Shown: positions 1-20,782, numbered from the stretch's first letter. The stretch: 64,000 bases of DNA from the human T2T-CHM13v2.0 reference genome, Homo sapiens (GCF_009914755.1 NC_060930.1), one strand, 5' to 3'. Made by a program: numbers and translations. The notes: generated from the sequence alone by a model not told the origin.

Positions 1-68
1 TAAACACTTATTGTTTTAAGCCACTAAATTTTGGAGTAATTTTAATATAGCAACAGATAACTAATACA
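1..68 (+). mobile_element. 3' end of a MaLR (MLT1-type) LTR
   Basis: ttgttttaagccact...tagcaacagataactaataca matches the typical MLT1 LTR terminus. Confidence 0.65.
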
Positions 69-1844
69 AATCTGTAGAGCCTTAAGAATGTACAGTTCAA
101 GAAAAAATTACCTTAGGAATTCTTACCTTCTATATAGACCCCATTGCTAATTGTGTTATATATTTTTCCTGATTGAGATTATAAGGTTTTACTCTAAAGA
201 AAGTGCTTATTGGTAATGTGATACATTATCCAATCCTTCTATGCAAATAGTATGCTTGTCTAAATGCTTTGCTGGATACCCTTGATGAGCAGTTGCCTTG
301 TGTGCATGACTGTGATTAAAGGTATTTCAGACATCTTTAGAAAACTGATTAAAAACAGGGAGACTTCTTTGAAAAATATGAGGAACAAATAAACTTTCAA
401 AGGTACATAGCAAAAAATTTATCAATTGAGTGACTGAAGGCAAAAAGCCCATGCCGTAAAAGGCAGGAAATAACTCTGTGGCATGTACCTTCAGGGTATC
501 TCAAAGGACCAGCTGAAGCCTAACTCTGCTGCTTGATTTGTCCTCTGAAAGGAGGCCAGGCAATGGCCATTTCAGTCCAAGAATAACTCATGCCACATCA
601 TGTCAGGAAGCTGTCCTCAGAAACCTGTGTGGTTCTTTTTTAAGAAGTTCTCCATCTCTATTAGTGGGGGTTGTGGGAAGAAAGCAGGAAGCTTACATGT
701 TTTCTGTATTGGCTAACACATGCCAAATAATGTACTCTGCTTTAAGAACTTCTTTAATTCATCCCCACTGTGGAGAGGAAAATATAAATGATAGTGGATA
801 CAGAGAAAAGTAACTTACTTGTTTGAGAGTTAGAATTAATCTGGAAAGCATTTATAGTTCAGTTTCCAATAACAGTAGTATAGCCGCTATGAATGTTGGC
901 TCTTCATCAGTGGACCAGTAAGGGGACCAGATGAATGGTGCTGATTCTCATCTAATCAGACCTTCAAATAAAAATCTCCAAACAAATTTTGAGACATTAT
1001 TAACTCACTTTTGGGCTGGAGAATTAAGATGGGAAATGACTGATAATATCTACATGGTGCATCTAGATCCAATCCAAGTAACTGGGATTCAGAATAGTGG
1101 TCAATATTTTCCCGTTAGGAGGCTGGACTGATGTCAGGAAACTAAGTCCACCTGTATTATCATAGGACATGATTGTAGAGTTAGGAAGAAAGAGTGGCTG
1201 AGAGTGCACAGGCTGCTGGATACTGGCCTTATATGAATCAATTTCGCTATAGTACTCACTTAATAATTTATAACACATTCCTAGGTTTGGTCAAGACCAG
1301 CTCGGACTCTGTTGACAGAGGTCCTACAAATATAGGGCCTGGCAACTGGAAAAAAAACTAGAGGAGGGAGACTTAACACCTGACATTTTTTTATTTTATA
1401 TCTAAAAACTTCAACAACTTTTAAATCCATTTAGACTATCTCCAAAAGTACTTTGAAAATGAGAAATAGGTTGATATTCCCAGAACATCATGACAGCATA
1501 AATAAATATTTATTGACATCACCTTAAGCTTTTTATTGCTCAAGGATAGTACCTAACCAAGCCCATAAATACCTGAGGTACTTTTGAGTTAGCTTAGTAA
1601 GAACTTAAAAAATTAGATAACTAAATCCAACTCAAGAGTCATTTGAAGACTCTTAATACCCGAGTTGAATTTAGATATCACCAAAACTTTGTTTCTTAAT
1701 TTTTTTTTCCTGCATCTTTTTCCACTCTGTCATTGCTCCTTGTGTTTTGAAACTGGATTTGCACAAGTCTCTCATATGGAGTGGTCTCTGCCCAAAGACT
1801 GAAAGTCACTGCCATCCTGTGCAGTGGTAAGCACTAATGGTTGA

Positions 1845-2075
1845 TGTTTTAAAAAAAAAAAAGTGTTTAATTACACTTGTTAAAGACAGAAAAGTAGATT
1901 TATTCTAGAGGGGCTATGATGATAGGTATAGGGGCCACTGTAATAGGGTCTTGTGGTAGGGGAAAGATTGTGCTTGACTCCAAATCCAGTAAAGACAAGT
2001 TTGGATTTATAACCAAGGAGCAGGGTGGGAAGTAAGAGCAGACATCAGGAGTAAGGGAGATTCTTGCTTAAAGCT
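1845..2075 (-). mobile_element. ERV1 LTR fragment (MER31-like)
   Basis: gataggtataggggccactg...tttataaccaaggagcagggtggg resembles the recalled MER31/MER4-group LTR. Confidence 0.5.
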
Positions 2076-4397
2076 CCTCCTGGGCTTCCTTTACTATCAC
2101 TGTAGGTTCTGTTTGTTAACTACCATGCTCCTCTTCCATTCTTTTCCTCTTGTGGTTTTAAAATCATCTTGAACAAGTTTGAGAGGCAAATGGCAATAGA
2201 CGCAGAAATCTCATAAAATTTGAGTGCTGGACTGAGAACCAAAATTCACCATTTACAGTGTTGTTTCTATAAGGGAGGAAATACATTCAAAATTCAAATA
2301 ATAAAGATACAAATGAATATTTGAAGACAACTAAATTGTCTGAATTAATCTGTCCTTTATTAACTTTAATTATCATCTTTCCAAACTGAAGAATCATGAA
2401 TGCACTACTAAAATTATATATAAATTTTATTATTAGAGACTTAAAGTCATCACCAAAAGTACTATAGCTGTATGAAAAATAAAAGGTTAATTCTGTTTTC
2501 ATGTATTTATCAAAATATTTCTTGTACCTATTTTTAATTTTATAAATATAAATCCCATTTATCACTACTTTAAAAATTAACATTTTCTTTTTTGTTGGCC
2601 TAAGGCTGAATTTTTACATTCAAAGAGAGAACTCCTAATTCTCTAAAGTAAATATCTACATTTAAACTATTATCTTGAGTATTTTTGTAAACACTTAAAA
2701 AACTTTTTTCTTTAGAATACAATTGAAGTGGGTATTTATAATACCCACTGTGTTGAATTTGTATTTATAAATCTCAAAAGATTTACAAGGCACACCATGA
2801 TTCTTGAATAGCTAATGTTCATTAAAATTGAGGCACTTGCTATTTCTACAGGAACTAGAACTCCTTACAATCAGCCTTACCAAATGGTACTCCTTGCTGT
2901 TTAAAATATTAGGCTAGCTGAGAGCTGAGGGAGGATGACACTGTTGCCATTATGTAAACATATTCCATACCACCAAACTTCGAAATTTTTCCTTCTACTC
3001 CATGATTTTTAAATGTCTGTTTAATCTATATATTTGAAAAGCAAATTGCTTTCTTTTTTAACTGATTAGGGATCAACTGCATGTGAAAAGTTCAAGGGCT
3101 AATTTTGGATAAAGATGATGTCTATATAATTATATTCACTATATAAATAGTGATGGGTTAAATAAAGACTATCTGGAAATATTTTCATTAACTAATCTAT
3201 AAATAAATAAAAGTCAACTTTCAAAAGCGAGTCTCTAGAATCTGGCAATGGCATGAGGAATGTCAAATATTTAATCATAACGTTAGATTTATATTTTATT
3301 TTAGATAAAGAATAAAAAATGATAGAAACTAAATGATAGTTCAATAGCTGATATAGTGTAGTAGTAGGTTTTACAAAGGCACATTGATATTTTACTCAAT
3401 TACCAGATTAATAAGGATTTTTGATTATCTTCTTACTGGTGTGTGGACATTAACCAATATTAAGTTGTGTATGCAATAATGGCTTGTAATAAAATCAGAG
3501 GCACAGATTTTAATTAGTTATTAAATGTTCAATTCTTTAATCAATATTTTATGGTTAAACTGATATTTAAGGATAAAAGCCCCAGGCTTTTAAAATGAAT
3601 ATTATTTTAAAAAATTATATGTATGCATAAGATCTTTAAATTAGAGAACTCAAATTTCTTAATAGTTAATCACGTTTGATTTTATAATATGAAATTTATA
3701 GAGTATATAGTAGCCACATCATAAATATTTGTTGAATTAATGGACGATTTTAATATTGATAGTCAATTGTAGTAGTTGCTTTGGAGTGGAATACAATTAT
3801 TTTCAGAATTGAAGAATTTATAATATTTCTGACCTCTAGATCTCATCTCCCTATTCTCCCCCACCACCAACACTAACACTTTCAAATACAAGCACGTAAA
3901 CCCTTGCACCTGAACAATGTAAAAGATGCTTTAACAAGACATTCAGCTTATTGAAAACTTGAAAACTGTTGTTTGTCCAACTGATCCCTAAGGAGAGGAC
4001 ATGGGGGAGATATGTACTTGTCACTGAGTTTTCCTTAAATTTGGAGGAGGTGGTAGACAGGTATGAAAACAGTGAAGGATTTTCAAATGTATAGTAAGGC
4101 TCTTTCAGGAGAGCAACTAAGTTGTGTACAAGAGAGGCAAATCAAATTAAGCTGATTTGAGTTGTTTTGTGGAGGAGTCTTGAAAAATGTTGGTGAGGTA
4201 AGTAACTTAGTATTTTTAAATTTTATTTTACTATAAGGAAAGAAAAAATAAAAAATCTTCCAAAAGAAAATAAGCAATGTGTTTCAACTTAGTTGAGGCA
4301 GGAGTTGAATGCATTGTTGAATCTCTAGTGCCTAACAGCACCTGACACAAGGAGAGCTCAATACTGGTGACTTGAGGTAAGCTGGTAACACAGAGGA

Positions 4398-4600
4398 GTA
4401 TTGCATAATGGGTAAAAGCACAGATTCAGGATCCTCACTGCCTTGGTTTAAATTTAGTTCAACCACTTAGTAGCTATGTGATCTTAGGCAATTTCCCCAT
4501 TTATAGAAAGGAAATAATAATATTGTCAAGATTAAATGAGTAAATATATGTAAGGTGTTTAAACCTGTGCTGGCACATTAAGTGCTATGTTAAGTTTTGT
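4398..4600 (+). mobile_element. MIR SINE
   Basis: Core ccacttagtagctatgtgatcttaggcaa...gattaaatgag...tggcaca. Confidence 0.75.
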
Positions 4601-4705
4601 ATGTCAATTTTTCTCTTCTGCAAATTAAAGACTGTTTCTATAAGACTGTAAAGGAACTTGACAAATAAATAGTAGGAGATCTTTTTTTCTTGGAGGATTT
4701 GTTTA

Positions 4706-5442
<737 letters not shown>

Positions 5443-6103
5443 GAAATTGGAGTTATCAAAAGAGCTTAGTGATAAAATATGGGACCTAATTCAGAGAAAA
5501 ATACAGTAAATTATTCAGAAAACTCCTTGTGCAAGAGGCCAAAAAGATCATGTGCCATTGACTTAAGGTACCCTTATCAGATATTATAGTTCTATATAGA
5601 ACTATCTATGAATATATATGTGTGTATACACATGTATAGGTTGTTAAATGTTGTTCAAGTATGTCATTAATTCTAATTTTTAGTCACAAAATTTTATAAA
5701 TGTAAAAACAAAGAGATTATTTAGCCAGATTAGTTCATTTTCCATGTAAGAAAATGGTCAGTGAAGGTAGCCAATACTTCAAGGACACAGTCAAGAATCT
5801 GAGTAAGCCCTGCGTCTTAGGACAATGCACTTTTTATTAAAACATGCTGCCACTCAATCACAGAACTTTTTTCTTAGCTAACATGTAGTGCTCTCAGAGG
5901 AAAATAGAACTTGTAAATATTATTTGTTTTAAGCCCCATAAATCTTCCTTTCTAATGTCTTAAAAAATAATAATGTTGTTAGTTATATAAAAATTATAAA
6001 TGTCTTATACAGTATTCAAGCAATATAGAAAAGTACCAAAGAAGTTTATTCGATCAACTGAAATCCTATAATCCAAAATAGTAATCATTAATAGAAAATT
6101 AAT

Positions 6104-6509
<406 letters not shown>

Positions 6510-7780
6510 CCTTCCAGACACCTTTCTGAAGATAAATACAGATACAAAACCAGATAACAAGATACATAGCCACTGTTTTATATAAATGCTATAGTATTTC
6601 TATATATTAGTATATAGTTAATATATATTTTAAAATTAAGTTGTTAAATATATTTAAACTTCATTTGCATTTAATTTGAAAAATCAACTAATTTAAAATG
6701 AAGGGAATTGTTGAAATATAGCCTATCTTCTCAAAACTTGATGTCTTAATTTTGATTCATGTCTTGCTTGACTGAAATTTGTTATTACATTATTGGAGAC
6801 TCTTGCTTGCAAACATAGAAATTGAATTGACTGGGTAACATGAGAGAATGAATTTATTTTAAAAGTATTGAGTAATTCAGAGAATTTACAGAATGATTGG
6901 AGAACTCGGCTCAGGCAGGAGTCAAGGGTGGCCAGGCATTGACAAGATGCTGCTGTGTGATCAGCCTCCTCCGTAGTTAGCTGGGAAGATACTTGCCACT
7001 GCTTGGATCATTGACATGATTGATACACATTGAAATGATAATGTACTTTGATGCCCCTGCAAATTCATTTCCATGCTTCTGGAAAGTTATTTCCATGTAA
7101 CAATATACCTCTTCTTCTACTCCAAAGTCCATGAAAATACCTAAATGTCCCTATTACATACATCACATTCAGTAGTCTTAGTTGTGGATGGGAGAATTTG
7201 GCTATGCTTCTTGCACATGTCCATGGTCCAGCTGTCAGCGGATGGGTAAAGGAAACATTTAATACTGTCTATTTTCTGCAGATAAGACAAATCCCATCTT
7301 TCTAGGATTTCTTTAAAATAGGAAGTTGGTTCAGGTGCAAGACTTACAGATTGACAATTATCTACCAAAATAGTAAATTGCTTTTTTTGAGCATTCAAAA
7401 TTTTAGTATTTTCTTTTTTGAATGGTGATTACTCTTTGTTACATTAAACTCTTATTGTACTTTGACTTGGCTATTTGTTAACTTCTTGATTTATACATGC
7501 CCTTCAGATTTTGAAGATATTATACCATTATCATCTGTCATCAGCATGATACTAGTTCTTTTATTATAGCTTCTCTATTCAAGGTGACTTGTTTTTCTCG
7601 CTAAGTATTCCTTATCCTTGAACATCATAACAGAATGAGAAAATGTATTTCCTGGGGCATGATTAACAATATTTTTTCTAGAGCACGATATATCCTTTCA
7701 ATCTGCAGATTTTATTTTTCCCCTTTCATTTGGGTAAATATTCTCTACTGGAGGTATGCAAAGTCTTTGTTGAAGGACCC

Positions 7781-8116
<336 letters not shown>

Positions 8117-9377
8117 TTAAATTTCATTTAAATAGTAAAATATCCTATATCAGAGTTCAATATACCAAATTGGACATTTACCTTAGACTCATACTTTCCA
8201 AATTAACTTATCCTCAAAGTTCATCATGAAAAATGACAAGTCATGGTGATTTTTTCTTTTCTCTGTAGAGTTCTAGATATTTTGTCAAAGCTAGGTTAAG
8301 GTATATACTTTAGCGATTTTCCACTTGATTTTTCCCACTCTAGACTCACTTTCTTCTGTTTCTTTTCTCCCATTTTTGGATATATTATAGAACAGTATCA
8401 GAATGTTGCCTTCTTGTAGTTCAGTTCCTGGGAGGTATGGGTAGGTCGAAAAGCCTATACCTTCTGGGATTTTTATCTTCTATTTTTTTTTTAAATTAGG
8501 TCAAGAAGTTTTTATCTCTTTTGGTATCCGGTTTTTGAAGATAAAATTTGAACAGTTTTGCCTCTTACTCTTTCAATTCCATGAAGTGATTGAGAAAGAA
8601 TATTTGTAATTTCTCTTTACAGTGCTATTTTTTACTAAGAAAGTAGATCTTCTCAAGAATTTTGTATGTGCATTCACTTTGTTATTATAATTGTAAGTTA
8701 ATTTTGCTTTACATTCAAATGGTTTCAGTGTTCATAGTCAGATCTTGATGTAGTTAACAATCAAGCCTTGAGCTTTCCATTATTTGTTAAAATGATTATG
8801 AGTATGAAGTATGTACTTAAGTATTGAAATTTTCTTTGGGGAGGGTATACAATAATTTTTTTTTGTAAATAAACCTGATGTCATTCTTTGCTTTCTATCA
8901 TAAATAAGAATCCTTGTAGATTACATATTGTACATTAGGCCTGCTCTGAACTGTCGGAAGACAGATATATCTTTAAGAGTGCTTCTTCAATTCGTAGAAG
9001 GTTTTTCATCTTTGTTCATGCACTTGTTCAAAGTTTCCTTTAAACACAGTGTATTTAAATGATTTTAAAAAGAGATTTGCTTTTCTTTCTATACTCTGAA
9101 AAATCCTTGTTCTCTATTTTGTACTCCAACAAATGATCTATTAGCTTGGAACTTCAGTTCTCTATAAAAACATTAACCTGCATTTCACTAACCTACAAGT
9201 GCTGTTTATACTTCCAATAAATAGTTTTATGTTAACAATATGTTATCTAGATTATCGTAATGAAGGTTGTAATGATGTAGGACATTTTAAAGAAATTTTA
9301 GATACTCCTTTAGTATATAAATTAACTGTATTAGAAAGTTTAAATTCTTACTTATTTGAAAACTAAATTATATTTAT

Positions 9378-9700
9378 TGTGATGGCTTTCTTGACGTGTC
9401 AGCTCAGCTGGTCTACAACCCCCAGTGATTCAATCAAACACAAATCTAAAGGTGTGTCTAATGGGATTTTGCAGACATACTTAAAATTCTTGATCAGTTG
9501 ACTTTAAGTAAGGGATATATAAGAGCAAATATTCTGGTTAGTCTTCTTGGGTCTAACTTAATCAGTTGGAGGCCATAAAAATAGAGAATTCAGAGAGAAA
9601 GAGACTGACTGACCGACCAGCCAACCTTTGTTGTCTGTGGACAACAGGTTTGGTCTATTCTTGAGGAGCTTGAGCTAGTGGGGTTCTGGACCCCCTACCT
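9378..9700 (+). mobile_element. MLT2-type (ERVL) LTR
   Basis: tgtgatgg...gtgtcagctcagctgg...tcaatcaaacacaaatcta...cagttgactttaagtaaggga. Right end approximate. Confidence 0.7.
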
Positions 9701-10167
9701 GCTCCCTCCAAATAGTTCTTCATTTATTTAATTTACATATAGAGCTTCTATGTATGATTTAGTTTGAAAAAACACTAATTTAACACGTATTCATTCTCTC
9801 TCTGTCTATACATGTATATAGACATGAAATACATATATTTTTCATGTCTATATATATAGAGACATGGCATAAAATACACATTGATGATGATTGTAGAAAA
9901 GAAAAACCTCTGCCCTAAGAGGCTCGAATTCTGAAGACGTATTTGGCAAATACATTACTAAACTTGTTGGGTTACAGGGGTATAATTAAGGAACAAAAGG
10001 AATACAGATAGAAAAATAGGTAGGACTTAGATTGTGAAGAGTCTGGAGTTCCAGATTGCAGTACCTGAAATATTACCCTAACAATGAGGTGAAGACAAGG
10101 AGAACAATTGAAAGTAAATGCAGCCTTGTAAAGGGGAAATGATCAGTAAATAAAATGGGTCAAGTGG

Positions 10168-10365
10168 CATATTAGCTTTCTTCCGTAGCTGTAATGAATT
10201 TTCATAAACTCAGTAGCTTAAAGCAAAACAAATCTATTGTCCTATAGCTCTGTAGGTCAGGAGTCTGACATTAGTCTCACTGGGCTAAAGTCAAAACAGA
10301 GCTTTCTGCCTCTCTGGAGGCCCTGGGGAAGAATGTTTCCTTGTCTTTTCTAGCTTCTAGAGGCC
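10168..10365 (-). mobile_element. MLT1 (D/E-like) LTR fragment
   Basis: cagtagcttaaagcaa...ctgtaggtcaggagtctgac...ctgggctaaagtcaa...ttttctagcttctagagg. Confidence 0.75.
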
Positions 10366-10960
10366 CACTAGGAACAAGATTCCATCCCTCCACACAGGGC
10401 ATTATCTGGTCCATATATTTGGGCTCTCTGTAATTTCCAAACAGGTTCCCATGGGTGCCCACACCTCAGCATCATGGAAGACCCAGGGCAAGAAATAAGA
10501 ATCAAGAAGTGCACTTCTAATGCAAGGCACTGTCAACTTGCATCTGTGTGAAGCTAATAGATGCCTGAGTGAAATAGGTTGCTATGGTAGTGGCTAGATT
10601 AATAGGGCAAGAGGATTTAATTTTGAAGTAATTTCTAAAAGATGTGCAATACTCTCCTTATATGTCACCTTTCATGTCTGTTTGTGCCCTTCGTTAGGTC
10701 CAGACTATCACATACAGTCTTATTCCAGCGGGTAGCCAGCAACGATATTCATTAATACTGAATGAAAGAAGGCTAATAAACCAAACTACAGTCCTTATTG
10801 CTGTAGCTGGTCCTCAGGCTGTTAAGTGCTTTTAATCACCTGCCTCTTCTGTCACTGATTCTGGATATTCTTTGCCTTCCAACATAGCATTTGAACAAAT
10901 AAGTGTTGCTGTTCTGCTGTGGCACCTGGACCCTCATCCTTAAATGTCCTGAGCTCTTAG

Positions 10961-11281
<321 letters not shown>

Positions 11282-11917
11282 TGTGTCGTGACTTTTTAAA
11301 TAGCTCTTTAACCATTATCTCTGGGCATAGAAAGATCAACAGTCATTCTGATGAAGCTCCTGGCTGCCATATACACTCCACTCATCTCTCATTTTTAGCA
11401 GCAACTGTATGTCCTTGTGGTCATCAGTTAAATAGTTCCTTTCTTTGCCTGTTAATCTAGGCAGGGATCCAGTTGATCTAAAATCTGAGAACCAGGACAA
11501 AGTCAGGTAGAATAAAAGTTTGCAAGGACAGAAAAATAAATTCAGCAAGATGAGTCACAGGAAGTGATGGTGAGAAGTCCCAATGCCATTTCTTCCCCTT
11601 GGTTCTGGACCCATGAATTCTAGCTACTTGCAACACAACACTATGTATCAGTAGTTGGTTGAGCGTAATCACTCATCATGGAGGGTTATATGGTGTGTTA
11701 TATCATTTATTGCATTAGTTTATTGCATTAGTTAAGAAGTCGTCCTATAGGCCAATCTAGAAAACATAGAAGATGAATGCTTCTGATCTCATGTAATAAT
11801 GAGCCTAATTTTTTAGAATCTATTTGAGCCTTCTGTTTTCTTCAATATTAGGCAAATCAGTTTTAGTATCATCACATTACTTATTGTAGGTTATATCTCA
11901 AGAAGCCATTGAATCCT

Positions 11918-12186
11918 TGTATTAGTCTGCTTGAGCTGCTGTAACAAATACCACAGACTGGGTGGCTTAAACAATGCAAATTCTCACTGGGTCCCCTCAT
12001 GGCCTTCCTCAGTGCACATGTGAGGAGATATGGTGTCTCTTCCTCTTATAAGGACAGGAGTTCTATTAGATTAGGGCCCCATCATTATGACCCAATTAAC
12101 TTTAATTACTTAAGACTCATCTCCAAATATAGTCACATTGGGGTTTAAGATATGAATTTGTGGGGAACACAATTCAATCAATTACA
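11918..12186 (-). mobile_element. MLT1A-like solo LTR
   Basis: TG...CA termini; ctgctgtaacaaataccacagactgggtggcttaaacaa and atatgaatttgtggggaacacaattca. Confidence 0.85.
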
Positions 12187-12969
12187 AGTCTATTAGGACT
12201 AGATTTAGTTGTCCTTCCCAGAACATCGAGTTGCAGGTCAAGGATAAGTGCCTAAATGTCAATAAATTCTCTTCCCTCTAGCACTTAATATATTACCAAT
12301 ACCTCCTCCCAAATCAATGCCTAAAATATTCGCTCTTGCCTTGCTCTCCCAGTAAGTATATCTTGATAAGAGAAGACAGGATATGAATAAAATAGTGTCA
12401 AAGAATTGAACCAATTTCCACCTTGAAAGCAATAAAACAACAAAAATTTACAGGACTATATATGTTTGGAGTGGCTTCAGGATGATCAACAAAGTCTACC
12501 AATGATTTTGAGCTGTCATGAAAATTGGCATTAAATACAACTAAGTCCAAGAACATTTAAATGAGAAATGAAAACAAAAACCTGAAAGACATAACAATTG
12601 AATTTATTAATAAATTACTCTTTTAACTTAAAAAAGTAAAATACTTGCTTATTGAAACAAATTGACCAAATATAGAGCTACATGAGGACAACTAATAGTT
12701 TCTCCTCACATACCCCTTCCAATCTACATTTATAAGTAAATATATTAACAATTTTATGTATATCATATTCTGCCTTTCACTTAACCCACGGAATGTGTGT
12801 ATGTATACATATATATTTACATATATTTGTATGTAATGGTGGGATATTTACTGAATTGGGGGATATCTATTCACATACCTCTTTACTTTTTAACAAAATA
12901 AAAGCAATGCACAGTGATTTGTATTTTACATATTTTGCCAAGTTACTACCCTTGGATATAGTTTATGAT

Positions 12970-13630
12970 TTAAACAAATCAGTATATTGAGAGATATTTG
13001 AACTCCCACGTTTGTTGCAGCACTGTTTGCAATAGCCAAAATTTGGAAGCAACCTAAGTATCCATCAGTAGATGAATGAATAATGAAAATGTGGTACTTA
13101 TACATAGTGGAGTACTATTCAGACATACAAAAAATTAGATCCTGTCATTTGCAACAACACGAATAGAACTGGAGGTCATTATGCTAAGTGAAATAAGGCA
13201 GGCACAGAAAGACAAATATTACAAGTTCTCACTTACTTGTGGGATCTAAAAATTAAAGCAAATAAACTAATAGAGATAAAGAGTAGAACGATGATTACCA
13301 GAGGCTGGGAAAAGTAGTGGTAGGGTAGAGGGGGAGAAGTGAGTTTGGATAATGGGTACAAAAAAAAAGAAAGAATGAATAAGACCTAGTATTTGAGAGC
13401 ACAACAGGGTGATGATAGTCATTAATAAGTTAATTGTACATTTTAAAATAATCAAAAGAGTATAACTGGATTGTTTGTAACACAAAGGATAGATGCTTGA
13501 GCAGATGAGTACCACATTTTACATGATGTGATTACTACGCATTGTGTGCCTATATCAAAGTATCTCATGTACCACATAAATATATACACCTACTATGAAC
13601 CATTAAAAATTACAATTAAAAATTAAAAAG
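12970..13630 (+). mobile_element. L1MA (L1MA2/3-like) ORF2 end and 3' UTR
   Basis: tggaagcaacctaagtatccatcag...aagacctagtatttga...catgatgtgattact... followed by an A-rich tail. Confidence 0.85.
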
Positions 13631-15226
13631 AAATGATTCCATGATATCCCATCCTTTGATGTATCAGATAACTTTCAGATTGTTATTTTTAAAATAATAA
13701 ATCATATATTCACTGAACTTCTTTGTACACGTATTCTAATATACTGAAGCTTTTATTTCTGAAAAACATATTTCTAAAAGTGGGATTGCTAGGTCAAAAG
13801 AAATGCATATTTTAAATTTTAATAGGTATGTCAAATCATTTTTTAAAAAGGTTATTGTAATTCACACTTCTCTCTTGATAACAATAAATAATAATTATAA
13901 TAGCAATAATAAATAAAATTAATAACTAAAGTAATAATTCAAGATAAAATTATATATTTCTACACATTTCTAACAGATATATGCACAATCTATCAGTATT
14001 AGTTCACAGAAAAATAATTATTGCTAATTAAAAATTACTATTTAAAAAGTAATTAATGATAAATTATTTTTTGTCCAATCTCGAAATTTGTTAATGCTTT
14101 GGTTTCAGAGCCAAAAAAAGAAGAGCGTATCTTGTTAAAAGACCTAATATTTCTATGTAAAGATAATTTTAAAAGGCAGCAAAACTAGCACATTACTCAT
14201 CAGAGGCTGCTGTTTTTATGAGTTAATGTTAGTAAGTAAAATTTTTAAACATCATAATAAATAGCTATGGTAATTTTTTGGTAAGTATTTGCATAAAAAT
14301 TGGTGGGTCTATGTAATAGCAAAGTGTTTAGTACAAGTATTTAAAATTGTAATATATATCTCATTTTTTAACTATTTGTACCAGATAGTTGTTTGTACCA
14401 AATACAGATTATATAGATTATGCTTATTGAAAATTATGGCTCAAAACATGAAGTATTCTATTCATTTTTTTCTGTATATATTTTTGTACATTTTAAACCA
14501 TTTTGCTTTATTACAAAACATACTACACACACAGGTTCATGTTAAATTATATTTAACAGTTTCATAATAATTTAAGATAATTGGACTTAAAACTGTAACA
14601 TATGAAATCAGCTATTTGCAAAAACAGCAACTAACATCCCCATGCTAATACACAGTTCATTGCCATGAGAAAAACCCTTCCTAAATGAAATTAGAATAAA
14701 AAACACATTGCTGAAATGTAGTCAAGGAACTTATGAATAAACTTTAGAAGGCATTAATACAATACTACTGATATACAAGAAAGACAATCTAATCTACCTT
14801 GTTTTAGCATTTTGGAAGATAAATAACAATATGCTGAGTGAAGGCAGAAATTCTATATAGAGTCCACCAAAAGGATAATAAAACAGCAAGAACACACAAG
14901 AGTAGTTTCAGGGCTATCCAAGGAGAGGGACGTATATCTCTTGTGGCTACCTCAGACCATTGCAATCTTTTAACCCTATTATGATCATCTTCCTGGTTGC
15001 TCTTGCTCATGAAGCAATATTCTGATGATATTGCTCCACATAAAGCTTTATTGCTAAAGTGAAGATATACTGACCAGCTGATAAGAATATTCTTGAGCAT
15101 TAGAAGTTCTATTTCATTTGAATTAATGCATTAGCAATCTGTTTTATAGATGAGTCTTTTGTGAGCTTGATTCATGTGAGTTTATCACTGAGCCTGATAC
15201 ATTCTGAGTGTCCTGGCAAAATCAAA

Positions 15227-19373
<4,147 letters not shown>

Positions 19374-19534
19374 GCCTGATTTTAAAGATTTTATGTTATA
19401 GATTTGATTGGAGAACAACAGTAAAAATGCTGTTAAACAAAATAGTACACTTAATTCATTTATGTAACAGAGTATTCTGTAAAAAGTTGCAATACTAAAA
19501 GTTAAAGTTATGCATGCTTGTTTATTTTTGTATC

Positions 19535-20340
19535 CTTTTTTAATGTTTATTTTAAGTTTAGAATACATGTGCAGGATGTGCAGGTTTGTCACATAGGTAA
19601 ATGGTGTCATGGGCTTTTTTTTTGTACAGATTATTTCATCACCCAGACATTAAGCTCAGTACCCATTAGTTATTTTTCCTAATTCTCTCCCTCCTCCCAT
19701 CTTGCATCCTCCCATAAGCCCCAGTGTGTGTTGTTTTCCTCCATGTGTTTGTGTGTTCTCATCGTTTAGCTCCCATTTATAAGTGAGAACATGTGGTATT
19801 TGGTTTGCTGTTCCTGCATTACTTTGCTAAGGATAATGGCCACCAGCTCAATCCATGTCCCTGTAAAAGACATGATACCATTCTTTTTATGTCTGCATAG
19901 TATTCCATGGTGTACATGTACCATATTTTCTTTATTCTTGCTTTTATTGGTGGGCATGTAAGTTGATTCCATATCTTTGCTATTGTGAATAGTGCTGCAG
20001 TGAACATATGCATGCATGTGTGTTTATGATAGAATGATTTATATTCCTTTTGATATATACCCAGTAATGGGATTGTTGGGTTGAATGGTATTTCTGTCTA
20101 GATCTTTGAGGAATCACTAGACTGTATTCTACAATGGTTGAGCTAATTTACACTCCCACCAACAGTGTATAAGTGTTCCTTTTTTCTCTACAACCTCACC
20201 AGCATCTATTTTTTTATTTTCATAGTAGCCATTCTGACTGGTGTGAGACGATATCTCATTGTACCATTGATTTGCATTTCTCTAACAATAAGTGATATTG
20301 AGCTTTCCTTCATATGGTTGTTGGCCTTCATATGAATGTT
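19535..20340 (-). mobile_element. Older L1PA (L1PA13-like) 3' end
   Basis: gtacagattatttcatcacccag...gtacccattagttatttttcct 3' UTR plus ORF2 C-terminus. Confidence 0.88.
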
Positions 20341-20431
20341 GCTCCCTTCTGGGAGGAAAAACATTTTCTTTGCTCTTATTTTAAAAATCATTTATTTCAA
20401 TGTTACTATATCCTGAACAAAGTGATGTACA

Positions 20432-20740
20432 TGCTGGTTGCAATGGCTCACACCTGTAATTCCAGCACTTTGATAGGCCGAACCAGGTGGATCATCTTAG
20501 GTCAGGAGTTTGAGACCAGCCTGGGCAGCATGGTGAAACCCCGTATCTACTGAAATTACAAAAATTAGCCTGACATGGTGGCTTTCACCTGTGGTCCCAG
20601 CTACTTGAGAGGCTGAGGCACGAGAATTGCTTGGACCTGGAGTTGGAGGTTGCAGTGAGCCAAGATGTGCCACTGCATTCCAGCCTGGGTGACAGAGTGA
20701 GACTCTATCTCAAAAAAATAAAAGTAAAAAATAAAATAAA
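20432..20740 (+). mobile_element. Alu (old S/J type)
   Basis: Dimeric Alu with A-tail; degenerate TSD aaagtg(g)atgta. Confidence 0.92.
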
Positions 20741-20782
20741 GTGGATGTATAACAAATTAGATTTACAGCCACAGTCGGAGTA

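Noticed and set aside
3070-3112. DQLHVKSS after an AG, echoing EKLHVKS at 45796
   Set aside because: All three frames close quickly, and a match of about 15 bp in AT-rich DNA can be chance. Worth revisiting only if the exon chain is validated.
14804-15100. 98-aa ORF with a hydrophobic stretch in unique DNA
   Set aside because: No recognisable homology or other support; the length is within chance expectation.
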